A DNA stretch of 64,000 nucleotides from Chrysomallon squamiferum. Taxonomy: Eukaryota; Animalia; Mollusca. Positions within the stretch are counted from its first letter, which is position 1; each line of letters begins with the position of its first letter. Under the pieces are notes generated by a model. That model was not told the DNA's origin. It saw only the letters and a list, made by a program, of their open reading frames with translations, and did no database searches. The position numbers were made by a program, and so were the translations under genes. Location: positions 868,001 through 932,000 of the forward strand of contig CM022666.1 in the NCBI GenBank assembly GCA_012295275.1. The letters run 5' to 3'. Below, one piece after another: positions 48,542-61,771 of this stretch.

Positions 48542-51436
48542 TCATAATTAGTCTACAAGATCTACTGCCTTGTTTTATTGATTTACTTTAAATTAGACAA
48601 ATGCATAACATGTTTATTAGTTAAAACACAACGCTTTGACAACACTGTCAATATTTATTTGATTTTTTGAATATTCTTTTTAAAATAGTGTTTTCTACTA
48701 ACTATTATTTTTAGACCAGTGAATTATGCAAAACTATGCACTGGAAAGTGTGGATTTGTAAAATGTGTTTAACTTGCTCTCATGAAGTTTAGAAGTATTT
48801 ACATCTTTCTACTTGCATTTATTTGTAAAGAGGAACAAGGGACCAGAGACAGTCTCCCATTGACCCATGTTTATTGTATTGACAAAGCTGTATGAATCAA
48901 AAGGATTTAAGCAAATTGATTACAGCTGATTTCCCACTAATCAAAATTCCTGGATACACCATTCTTCTGTACATAATTTGAAACAGTATTAAAAATGTAT
49001 CAATTGCTCAGTTAACATTTTTAATGAAATTTGTTAAAATACCTCAACATTTCTTTTTATGCAGCATCTCATTAAGCACTGCTTCATTCATTTGTTTTTA
49101 TTTTAATTTTTTCATTTTGTAATCGGTATTATAATTGATTTTCCCTATTTTTAAAAAATGTAAATGTCAATATGTTGAAAAGATAATACATTAATGTCAG
49201 TTTGCATAATATAATTTACATTAACAGTAACAGATTATTTAAAATATAGCTTTTTTTTGGCTGAAACTGTATAAAATATCAATATATATGCTATTTATAA
49301 ACGACAGATCATAAATATATTCATTAGCCAACTTTAGACAGTTTATATATTCTATGACATCTTTTGTTTTTACACATACATTTTTAATATTGCAAGTTTG
49401 AAGATTTAGACTCATTTTTATACTTGTATTGGGAACATTTTTTTTTTCAATGAAGATCAGAGTTTCTTCCCTTTCTACTCAGGTCAGCATTTTATATAAC
49501 TTATAAATTTTTAATGAGATTTTTGTAACTTTAACAGTAAATGTTGTTTCATCAATAAATGTATTGTAAAGAATAAATATTAAATTAATACTGAAACAAA
49601 TATCCCTTAGAATCAGGAGATGTTTTAGAAAATATTGACTGTGATGACCAAATATTTCTGATGGCAGCTATTAAGTTCCAAGCTTTATCATGATCAGAAA
49701 TTGCAAAGAAAATTCAGATAAAGAAATGTTAAGAAATCCTAACAAGTTCTTTAAACTGATAATATATAAAACAAAATTGATAATATACACAAAATCATGG
49801 AAAAAATATTCATTACAGGTAAAAGCTGTGTTTGTGGTAGTTCAAACATATTGTTTAAATTATTTCTTCACTTCCAAAGATTGCTTTGTGTATGTATTGA
49901 AAGTTTCTGCTAATAATAAAAGTATGATATAAATAAAAGCTCGTATCATTTTTGTACAGAGATAAGTATGAAAATTCACATTTGTCTGGAAATCACACCT
50001 TTGTCATAGTTTATGATGATGTCATAATCTCTTTTTTTTATTTTTTTTATTTTATTTTTAAATTCTTTTTCTAGAAGAAAATGTTTTGTCATAGTTTAAA
50101 TTGTTTTGATTTGATTTCATAATATTTTTTTTACAGGTTGTTCTAAATTTTTTATTATTTTTATTTTATTTAAAAAAAAATGTTAATACCTTTGATGTAT
50201 ATTTAGTGCTATTTTATTTTCAAAAAAATGTTTCAGTGCTTTCAGATTATGTATTATTTGACTTTGATGTAAAGTGCTGATAACATTTGTTTTGTGTGAA
50301 TTCAGATGTTTATATTTCACTAATGAAAATGTATCACTGGCATTGATATAGTGAATTGTCTTATCTTTACAGGATTTTTAAAATTATTATTTTATATATT
50401 TTTGTACTTTTCAAAGATAAAACAAAAACTGTTATTTTTTCTTTTTAAAGCTTATTTTTATATGAATATTTTAAAGACTTTTTAGTCTCTTTTATTTACT
50501 TTATTGTTTATTTTTGAAAAAATTGTTTTCTACCATTCATTTTATTCATATATTAAAAAAAGAAAAGAACAACAATATCACCCTATAAAACATCAGATGT
50601 ATTGGCAGATAATTTTTCTCATAATTCTTCTTCCTTCAATACAGAATCTTTCATGTTATATATCTATTTCCGAAATGGGTTAAGACAATGTAATATATTT
50701 TTTATAAACTGGAGTCTGTAGAAGAAATCGCACATCATTTGTTAAAGTATCATTTGCTCTACACAGAGGATTCAATTGTATATCTTTTTTTTAATATAAT
50801 TTTTATTATTTTTTATTTACAAAAGAAAAAAAAAAAGATTATAATAAAATTGACTTTGATTTGTTTGAAAAGTGTTTTTGTCATCTCTTGGCCAAGCAAT
50901 AAGTACTTGTAGCAGGTACAGGTATCTCCAAGGAACATGTCAAATACTTGTCTCAGACATTTAAAAAAAGGACATGAAGAATTTGCTTAATTGTTTGGCT
51001 TCCTCTGCCTCCAACTTCCATTTCTTTCATCCTTCAGCTCCATTTTCCTTCTTCATTTTGTAAAAATGTTTCATGGTCTTCTGAAAATTACCTAAAACAA
51101 AGAACTAACACTTTTTAATAAGAACATTAAATTTCATGCATTACTATATTCTGCTATATTACAAGCAATATAGTTTTACATGCTAATTTGCACAAGTTCT
51201 TTAACAGTCTGGCCACCCTAGAGCTTCTCATACACATAAAAAAAAAAGCCAGAATGACAGTGAAGAAAATTCATTTTTTGTAAATGTTACTCTCTGATAA
51301 ACTCTTGTATAATACTAGAAAGCAGACGAACGTCTATGTTAGTTTGAAAAAAGGTGAATGTCCAAGTCTGATATAAAACATTATACTGAAGAAAAAAAAA
51401 GAATAAATTTAGTTACATTAGTATTACTGCACGTGT

Positions 51437-51518
<82 letters not shown>

Positions 51519-52250
51519 TGCATATGTAAAGTAAAATAATTAATTAAATATTATTATATTACCATAGCCGTAACTAGATTCTTTTTGAAATGAGACAAAA
51601 GCCTGTTTGATGTCAAATGTCTTTGATGTCAGTTATGGCTGTCATCGCAACGATGTCGGTAGATTTCAAACTGTAACCGTAGACATCAGCAAATTAACTC
51701 AGTGGATGTCGTTTCTATCGGAATAGAAATTTTAATTTTATATTTTTGAATAAAATCTTTGTATAAAGGAAGAAAAAAAAAAAAAAAGAAGAAAGGTGGA
51801 AAGGTTAAGCAAAACAACATTTTAGTTCTTTTGAAGAACAAAAATAAATATTTGGAATCGAGCAAACGAAGCGCTTTTAATATAATAGAACAAATTTGTT
51901 CTTATTTTATTATGCCATACGTTATTACTAAAAGATAATAAAAACTATAGAACACCCGTTAATTTTCGACTGTCATTATTCTCAGGTCTTGCCACTTTTT
52001 TTCATCTTTATTTGTTAATTTATTGTTTGTTCTCGTATCTGAAATGTTTTAATGTAAAGAGTTCTAAGCGACAGTGAGGAATTTATGAATAGCGGATAAG
52101 CAAAACAACAACAACAACCCCCGACAAAACCCCAATAAAAACAAACAAACAACAAACAGTGCTTTTATATATGTTCGTATTTATCAGTGTCAGATGTTCG
52201 TAACCCCGGCGTTCAAGCAACTAAGAGAAGTTTGTTAGTTTGGTTAACCT

Positions 52251-53736
52251 ATGGCGGCAATAAGTGAAATCATAAATACTGTAACTGTTGTGTCCTTGTT
52301 AATCACAGCTGCTTATGCTTTGAGTAGTGTTGTCATTGCATTTTCTCTGGGAAGGAAGCTGCCAAAATCCGATAAATATGTAATTGCTTGGTTGATATTT
52401 AATGGAACTATACATTTTGCTTTTGTATGTATCATAATATAAGCGCTTTAATGATTATTTTCATACCAAGTATATACCACATGACTGCTTATCAAAAACG
52501 TTGTTATGTGCTTTGGGAAATACCACAGTTTATTTAAAATCTGTAGAATGATATACACGAAGGACATGCCCATTCTTTTTGATGTGTCGGGGCCAAACAT
52601 TTTAATTATTTTTCATTATAATCGTCTTAAAATTTATATTCATTAAAAACAAACAAAACAAGACAAACAAACTTGGTAATTCATTTTGTTTTCTTAAATT
52701 ATATATTCAGAGGCATGCTTGTTTTTGTTTGTCATTCATTACAATAGTGAAAAAACAAATGTTTTTGTAATTTTGTATCATGTATATTGATTTATTTGAT
52801 TAATATCCAAGAATTAAGTTGTGGAAATAAAACAGAAGTAAACAACTCAATCTCTAAAGGAGTAAAAATTATAATAAATGGATTTATCAAACAATAAAAT
52901 GTTATAATTTTACAATTTCAGGAACTTCCATTTGTAGACATTTCATTAATGGGAACAGTTCAAGATTCTGACAGCATCTTTGCTGTTTTATGTAAGTTGT
53001 TATTTTATTTATTTATTTATTTGTTTGTTTATTTATTATAGTTTCTATATATTTTTTTAAATTAATTTAGCGATATAGTATTTAATTTGAAAAATTCTTA
53101 ATGGAAATAATTGAAAAAAAAAAAAAAATAAAATAAAAAACAGCTTTATATTTTCAAGGGAGAGAATACGGGAAAGCAGATTACAGATATCTGGTTTCAG
53201 ATCCGACAATTGTCTCCCTTGAGACAGTCACCGCGTTCATCTGTGGACCTCTGTGTGCAGTGGTGATCTATGCTACTTTGAAGAAGAAGTTCAATCGACA
53301 TTTCTTACAGATTGTTCTCTGTGTTTGTGTACTTTATGGAGGAGTGTTATTAATTTAATCACTTTTCCTTAAGATTTAAAATAGTTAACATACAGAAAAG
53401 TGTGTAGGTGTGTCTTGTATATGATGTCTGTCCGTCTAATTTATGTGTTATTATCTTTTCTGTCTTCATAGATTTTCATAATACACTGGTAATTGTATTA
53501 AATATATATATTTTCTTCTGCAGGTTGGATGTTTTTTTGTCCCGAATGGCGAACAGAAAGTTTAAATAACAGATAACTTTATGAATATGTGAGTGCACTT
53601 TATTCTTTTTCGTGGACTTTGGGTTGTGTTTCCTTTAATAATTCTTTACCAGTCATTGTTCTCAATGAAGGTCTGTTTTTTGAAAAATGAAAAATCATCT
53701 TCACTGTCAAAAAAAAAAAAAAAAAAAAAAGACTAG
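52251..53736 (+). pseudogene. EBPL: EBPL tandem duplicate, pseudogenised
   Basis: Exon homologs 52251-52424, 52922-52991, 53159-53341, 53524-53736. Lesions: exon-3 donor GT>GA (53342-53343); ELYG>VLYG; 5-nt deletion in exon 4 giving TAA at 53574-53576; TGG>TGA at 53590-53592; poly-A expansion near the end. Confidence 0.9.
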
Positions 53737-54093
53737 TCATAATTAATCTACTGGATCTACTGTTTTTGTTGGTTTATTTTAGATTAACATGAGACATATT
53801 CATATAACGTGTTTCTTAGTTAAAACGTGACATTTTGATAAGTCTTGTGCTATATTAGACTTTTTAAATATATATTTAACGTAGAGAAGAGGAAAATAAT
53901 TAAACACTGTTTATTTTTTTATTTTTCCTTTTTTTTTGTTTTTATTTTTTCAGTACCCGTGATCATTCTGTTCGCCTTGCTGTAAATAATATTTAACTGG
54001 ACACTTTATTGATACAATATCGATAAGATCCTGGAGAGAAGCAAATCAGGAACACAGCAATTTTTAAAATGTTTAATTTTATTTATTTATTTT

Positions 54094-54142
<49 letters not shown>

Positions 54143-54408
54143 TAATTTCTATTATTTATTTACTTATTTTTAACTTAAAACGTAAACCCTAATTCTAATT
54201 TTTATAAATTACAAAAATGTTTATTTTTGATGCTTAGATATCGCACAACGTTAGTTAGATGATCTTCTGGTAAAACATCAGTCGTTTTGCTAAATATACA
54301 CACTGTGTATTGCTGTATTATTTCGATGCTTATTTTTTGTCATACCAAGTCTTGATTTAAGTAAACAGTTTCACATGGTGTGGAACTGTCCAAAATTAAC
54401 ATGTGGGG

Positions 54409-54444
<36 letters not shown>

Positions 54445-54479
54445 CACAGAAAACTTGTCTGATATTAATATACCGTCTT

Positions 54480-54797
54480 CTGAAAACCTATTGGGATGAT
54501 CTCCGTAATGAATTTGTTCGATATAAATCTGTGGCAGACTTGGACGTATTTTCTGAAATTGTTAAACTAGCTACGGTAGCAGAATTATATACAGATGAGA
54601 CAGATGTTACTTGGGAGCAGTTGTCAAATCTCAACGATCCCTCTGAAGACTTCAGATATCCAGTGCTGCAAAAAGTGGTAAAACGTAATTTAAATATATC
54701 CAGAACCACCAGTACAGATGTTGAACGGGTGTTCAGTAAAATAAACAAAAATAAAGCTTTTATCTGGGCAGATCTGGCACTGGAAGAAACCCTGTAG
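54480..54797 (+). mobile_element. hAT-superfamily transposase C-terminal (dimerisation domain) remnant
   Basis: W..L......F.YPVLQKVVKRNLNISRTTSTDVERVFSKINKNK fits the hATC pattern YP.L..l....l.i..sna.vERvFS..n..K; N-terminal part absent. Confidence 0.75.
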
Positions 54798-54851
54798 TTC
54801 ACTGTGACTTGCAATAATATGCAGTAACTTGCAATTCTTTGAAGAGCCCTG

Positions 54852-54852
<1 letters not shown>

Positions 54853-54927
<75 letters not shown>

Positions 54928-55122
54928 ACATGCGTGTTTGTGTGTGCTTATTTTAGGTATATTTGCATAGTGGAAAACATCTTTCATTCTAAATTCATCT
55001 TTGTTACCAACTGTCTATTAATTTTTGTTTATTTTTTTATTTTTTATTTTTTACATTGCCAATGTGTTTATTATTACCCAGGGAATTAAATAACCATTTA
55101 CATTTTTTCAAATATAACGTAA

Positions 55123-55202
<80 letters not shown>
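54853..55202. repeat. (TG)n 54853-54926 and (GA)n 55126-55202 microsatellites
   Basis: Directly visible. Confidence 0.9.
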
Positions 55203-55205
<3 letters not shown>

Positions 55206-55662
55206 TTCTATATTATTTCTAATCTATGTCTGTCTGCTATCTACGTCATTCCTATCTATCACATCTACCACGTATATACCCAATTCTGTATTTTTTATTT
55301 TCTTTCATAGAGCATATTATTTAAGTATACATACATACATTATACGCATGTGTGTAAACTAATGGAATTAGAGGTAAAGCTAGTCACGGTAATGTAGACT
55401 GGTTTCGTCAGAAAGTGTTGTGTTTGACTGGAATGTACTAAATGCCAGTCCTGAAACTAATCTCCGATTAAGGACCCTGGAGCACCCACGCTGACGTTTT
55501 GTATATTGAGATGAGATTTTTCTTCACTTTCTTGCACTGATGGAACATTATGCTGACGTTTAAAGGCTTTGCATTTATTGTTATTAAAGTATAGGCGTCG
55601 AGTAATCGAGACGAAACAATGTCTTACATAATTCAGTTTGCATTCCGCTTATTCGTAACATA

Positions 55663-55695
<33 letters not shown>

Positions 55696-58289
55696 TAAAT
55701 ATAATAAAATAAAAAATAAAAAATAAATTATAAAATATATCTAAATACATTTAAAAAAAAAAGGTTATACTGCTGAAAATGTTTCGTAATAATGCAATCA
55801 GCGATGTCTGATAATAATAATATAGGATATTTTATAAACATCATTAACCTAAGCCCATACAAATCCCAGTGTAATGCATCAGGGTATTCTAACATTTATC
55901 GAACGCATGGATATAATTATACCCTGTAGTTCACTCATTTATCCATTATTCTCTGTATAATGTTTTCTTCGTGTGTTCGCTTGACTTTCAACTCGCTCTG
56001 AAATTAGGCGCTTGACTATCACTTTCATGGTGTGAAAAAAAAAAAAAAAAAAAAAAAAAAACCAATTGGCGTTTTCTAATACTTTACCGAACCGTCTAAA
56101 TTAAAGTCAAATTTAAAATATATTTATTCAAATATTTCGGCCGACTCTTTTAAATTTAATATATTTTTAAAATTGAAAAATTATTTATAATAGTGTACAA
56201 CAAACACAAAAAAAAATGTCTTTTCTAGATAATAACCTATCTCCCTTAGTTTTTCCTCAGTCAAAAATTGTTTTTATTTTTATTACTAACATTACAAAAC
56301 ATTTTGTAAAAAAAAAAAAAAATAAAAACTGTTTTATAACACAATGTTTTGTTTGATTTTACTGTTTTCTCTAAACTAGTAATTATAAAAGAATTGAAAA
56401 ATGACTTTAAAATGTTTTGTTGCTTGTTTTTAATATTTTCTGTAAACAGTTATTAATTTGAAATAAAAACGATTTCAAAATTATTTTTTTCCTTTGCTTT
56501 TGAAAGAAAACAGAAATCTTTATGAATTATTCTTTACATTTCCATCTTAAGTTGTTTAATTATTATTATTATATGTGCATTTAATTGTTTTAATACACTG
56601 TAACTTAAATGCAGCAAATATGGGATAATACATAAGCGTGGCGAATATGTGATTACTCGTGCTTGAAAACCTGGACACGGTTCACCTGTGACTCAGCACA
56701 TTTGATTTTAAAATATGTAAATTATGTTTTAAATACGCAGTTAAAAAGATGTAACGATAATATGATGATAAACAATTTCTCTGAGCTTCTTTATGTATGA
56801 TATTATTCCTTAGAAATTTAATTGTAATCATTTAATACGACATCACCTGATTCTGTTTGAAAAAAAAAAAAGAAGAAAAAAAAGTAATGTAAGAAGTAAT
56901 AATTATAACCCTCGAATGAATTTAAATACATATATATATATATTATGACTTTCACTCTTAATTATATCTTTCTTCTTCTCTGATGTATTACTTACTTTTT
57001 AAAAATTTCAATTTTTCGCATTTTATAAAAAAAATGTACATCTTAGTTCCTTTTAACTTATCTTTTCTTTTTTATCGCTTTTCTAAAAATTATTAACATT
57101 GTTAACAGTATTCTGGAAGTTTCTCCGAGTCTGTCCACATTTTTATACGAGAATTCTTTAACATCCTTTTTAACCTTCTCTCAAACATGCTGAACATATA
57201 TATATTTTTAAAATATTTATTAAAGTAAAACAAAATAATAATAACATGTGTACGAATGTATTACATATGCGTATATTTTTATTATTATAAAAATATATGA
57301 TAGTCTGTGGCTTTTAATATTTCTCAGGAAAGAACTATAATAATAATATCACGGATTGTATGGTTTACTATTTATTGTCGATTTTGTTTCACTATATACC
57401 AGTAAAAGATCCCTTTTCTATTAAAATAGTTGCATAAGAAAAATGATAAAACTGACCCCCTCAGAAAAAGACAACAACAACAAACAAACAATATATTTAT
57501 ATTTTTGTTATCATTTATTTATAAATAGTCATTCATATACCTGTGTGTGAATAAAATTACATTTCCTTTAAATCGATATTGATTCTGACTCAGTTACTGA
57601 ATAATTCCTTGTGATTTACTATTATTATTATTTATTTATTTATTATTATTATCAATTTTTTTCGGCATTTGTTTTCTTCTATGTTGACTACCCTCCTAGT
57701 CACCGAAGCAGATTGACGGAATTCAACTTTGCCATGTAAGTACACAAGATGCGGTTCAAATAATAATAATTAGGTTTTATTTTATAAGTATAAGCTGAAA
57801 GTCAAGAATGCACAAAGCTTTATAACTGAAGATAAATGTACAATTAACTTTCAAGTAGTACAACTTTTGGCACTAGTTAACACTAGTGTTACGGTCACAA
57901 TTTTCATAATGCATATTAATTAAATTCGCGATCCATAACATTTTTCTCACAGAGTTGATAAATCAAATTGTAGATGACCTAGAAGTTGAGATATTTTCTT
58001 TTATATAAAAATATTTAACATTTTAACCTAGTTAAATTTTTTATGTCAGTTTCTAATAAAGTTTTCGAACATCGAAACATTCTACCAGTAACAAAGTAGA
58101 AATAATTTGCTAATAATTGTATAGAATAAGGACTCAGTTTCGAGTAGACTTTTGAGATATAAAGTATTTAAAAACACGCGGTTACTTTAGTTTGAAATTT
58201 CAGATATTTCACCTATGAAAACCCGCAACAATCAATTCAACATTTTGCTCAACGTCTTGTAAGTCGAATGTCCCACAATCCATAAGGGG

Positions 58290-58473
58290 GTCATTAAATG
58301 GACTTCCGGTTCAGAATCATTTCATGGCGGAACTTCGAAGGATATAGTTGTGTGTTTTAACCACTATTCGTATTTGTAAACATTGTTGGCATTGCAACTT
58401 CATTGTAACAGCTAAGTTTTATATACTGACTGTTTCGCTACGGATTATGCATTGAGGAGATCGTCTGTTTGAG
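58290..58473 (+). promoter_or_regulatory. Putative promoter and non-coding first exon of CASK
   Basis: CpG-rich patch with ETS-type ACTTCCGG (~58303-58310), YY1-like ATGGCGG (58324) and donor GAG|GTAAAT at 58473; the CASK ATG exon has its own acceptor, so an upstream exon is expected. Confidence 0.5.
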
Positions 58474-59644
58474 GTAAATAATTGTACCGATAATGCTATA
58501 GTGTCCGCATGTGACCCGATTTGGTATGGTTGGGGGCTATTTTGACAGACGGTGGGATAATACAGTGACCTCATTTCGTGGTGGGTGGTTTTTAGTCAGG
58601 GTTGTTAAAATGGGATTTTTAGTATGTCATAGTATAAAGGAACACAAACTCAGCTTTTTTTTATTTTTATTATTATTATTGTTTTATACAGTTTTTTGTT
58701 ATATGTATCGTAAATAATAAATGTTTTGAAATTTAAAGATCAGCATGTTTACAATAATATTTCTTGCATCCTGAGCTTATTTTATTATTATTATTATTAT
58801 TATTATTAATTTAAATAAATTAAATTCCTATGTCTGAAATTAAAAATGTTTATTTTTCTGTTGCTTTTCAAGATTCATTTAATTATATTTTGAATCTTAC
58901 TGAAAATACTTCATTACAATTTTCAGAACAAAACTAAAACAAATAGAAATGAATGGGCATATCAACAAAATTAACCTTTGCCCATACTAGAGAGAGCATA
59001 GATCAATAATCTATTCTGATATAGGTGTCATTTTAATAATCAAGTCATATAATAAAAAAGATAAATAATTTAAAAAACAAAAATAAATAAATAACATTAC
59101 CATTATCTTTTAGGTTTATTATTTGAAATTCAACAATTGCAGTAAAAACAAAATGTAAATAATTATATTGGCTGACATTTAATACTGTTTGTGCATATAA
59201 ATAAATTTATAAAGCTTAGAAACGAGTAAAAAGATAAAATACCAAGAACATCTAGAAACTTCCAATACTCCATAAATATAATTGTTACCAGAAAGATAAT
59301 GCATTAATTTAGTTTTAAAATAATACAAAGAATTCATTTTTATATGAAAATACTGAATAAAAATTAATTTTAATATTAAAATATTGATCAATAATTAATG
59401 TAATCCACATTTAAAATAACATTTAAAAAAAAAAAAGTTAAATGGAAGAGAAAACTGTGTGGCTTATAATTGTTTATTTCATTACATTGAATAACAGAAA
59501 GACCAGAATAAAAAAATGAAATTAATTATTATTTATAAAATGAGTGCTTATAAATTAAAAATGTACATACACATTCACAGATATGCTCAATTTACAAAAA
59601 CAGCATCAATATGATATTGCTGTATACCATATTTTATCCAACAC

Positions 59645-59850
59645 CTTCTTTATGCAGTAACAAAAAATTGAAGCTCATACTTTGTGCAGTTAAATTAAGT
59701 ACATTCTTTGTATAGTATAATAAATGTAAACATGTTTTGTACAGTATAATTAATGTAAGTACATGCTTTATACTGTATAGGAAACTGAAGCACATACTTT
59801 GTTCAGTATAATAAATATAAGCACATGCCTTGTACAGACTACAAAATGAA
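59645..59850. repeat. Degenerate ~31-bp tandem repeat (~7 units)
   Basis: Recurrent AAGYACATRCTTTGTACAGTATAATAAAT-like units. Confidence 0.6.
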
Positions 59851-60200
59851 ACACTGGCTAGGCCACGCCATTGAACTCGTTGACATTTTAAAGTTTCTAA
59901 TTGTTCATAATCATATCAGTTCAAAAGGCCAAAGATAAGATTAATGGATTAAGCAGTCTAGCAAGAGCTGTCAGATAAACAATGATACACAAAAACGAGC
60001 AACTTCCTCATACACCTCTTAGTACTTGAGAGTGAGTTTTATTTTAAAACTTTATTTTCATCCTTCAAACTTCCAATATAATGCAAGTCTCGGATGTTGA
60101 TAAACAATATTCATGTTCACTGCAACGTTTCTTTCAAAAAAAAATTTCTGTCCTCTGAGACAATGTTTAACACCACTAATAGCCACTTAGATGTCTGTCA

Positions 60201-60233
<33 letters not shown>

Positions 60234-61712
60234 CTGCGACATGCCAATAAATCTGCATATACATTGTGTATATTGTTTGGGAAAAATACTTTGATTGTGT
60301 TCGGAAGGTCAGAGTCTGTCTATCACTTTTCATACCTCGTAGCACTTTCCCAGCTGTTAACACACAGGTGAATAAGGAGGGTATCACTTTACATGTGTTG
60401 AAGCAGGTACACTGTACATGTGGTTTGATGTACCAGCAGCTCATGTATGTAGTAGATTTCTCTAAAGAATACCTGCTGTGGCTTGCATGCAAGGCCTTAA
60501 TGTGTTTTCTATTCTGTCAAAGTGATTGTATTGTTTCCGGTGACTAATGTTTGGCTGGTGATGATAATAAAGAATGACAATACAGTATCAAGCATGTGGT
60601 ATTTTCATTTTTACTGCTGTATCAACAGAGAGAAATGGTTCCCTGCTTAGTTGATCAGGATTTGGGGAGTATTAAGTTATGCAGATATTGCTATACCTTA
60701 CATCATAAGCTTCATTTTGATACCATTGCCATTGTCAAACTTGGTGTGACCGCCTAACTCAATATCAGAATGTCAGTAATAAGGAAAAATTCTGAGCAAA
60801 CTTGTCTTGGTCTTCAATCTGTGTTTCAGAAAAGTCCTTCAAACCTTCTTTAGCATCATAAAATCATTTTATTTTTCTTTGAGTTATTGCCACGGTGTTA
60901 TTATAGTGTAGTCATTTCTGTCAAAATCTCAAAATCCCTAAATTACGACAGCATGAAATGGAGTACTAGCTCAAAGTCAGTGTTTCAATTAATCTCCGAT
61001 TTGATGTGCTATGCCACCAGTGGAAAAAACCCACAAAAAACACCACCATCAAATATCTGTAACGAAATTGTCATGTCTTCAATCTCTCTGGACCTGATTT
61101 ACGTTTCTGTCAATGTAATGATGTCTCAATATAAGGATAAATGTTAACCATTATTGTTTGAAGAATGTGAACATTCATGAATTTATTTTATGGTTCTACA
61201 TTTATTAGTAGTAAAAGGTTGATCGTCAAAAGCTAAGTAATCATAATTAAAAGCTTGATGATTTTTAATTTACTAATAATTAAAAATAAACATAATTAAG
61301 ATTGAAAATTTGACACCTTAATTAAGGAATGGACCTTTTTTGTGTGTATTGAGAAGTAATTGCTTGTAAGATATTGTGTTGATGTTTTGAAAATTTGCTA
61401 TCATTCTTCTAATTAATTGTTTTAACTACTTTGTGAATCAATATTATTAGTAATTAATTAATTAATTTTTATTATTATTATTATTATAAAATAAATAATA
61501 CTTCTTTTCTGAAAATAAAAATCCATTATTTGCTTTTTGCCAACAATAAATTCACTTCAGTCAGACTGTGAGCCTCTGTGTTTCACTGTACAAATAAATT
61601 AGGTACAAGCATACCAAAGTTAATTAAATTTCTGAAAGAATATTTAATTTTATTTTTTTATTTTTGACAATTAATTATATCTGTTTTATTTATTTCAGTT
61701 TGCAGTATTAAG

Positions 61713-61771
61713 ATGGCGGAAGAAGAAATTTTGTTTGACAATGTGTATGACCTATATGAAGTGATTGGCAA
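61713..61771 (+). CDS. CASK: Peripheral plasma membrane protein CASK, first coding exon; gene continues beyond window end
   Basis: TTTCAG acceptor at 61698; AAGATGG start; MAEEEILFDNVYDLYEVIG(K) then donor AA|GTAAGT (59 coding nt, phase 2); matches the CASK N-terminus [20 protein letters not shown]. Confidence 0.85.

Noticed and set aside
51208-51219. hAT-like terminal sequence CTGGCCACCCTA suggesting transposon capture of EBPL copy 2
   Set aside because: Orientation implies an element lying to the left; no matching terminus or target-site duplication found around copy 2.
60187-61147. Overlapping 86-101 aa ORFs in a higher-complexity island in the putative CASK first intron
   Set aside because: No recognisable domain or splice structure; probably a decayed TE, family unassignable by eye.
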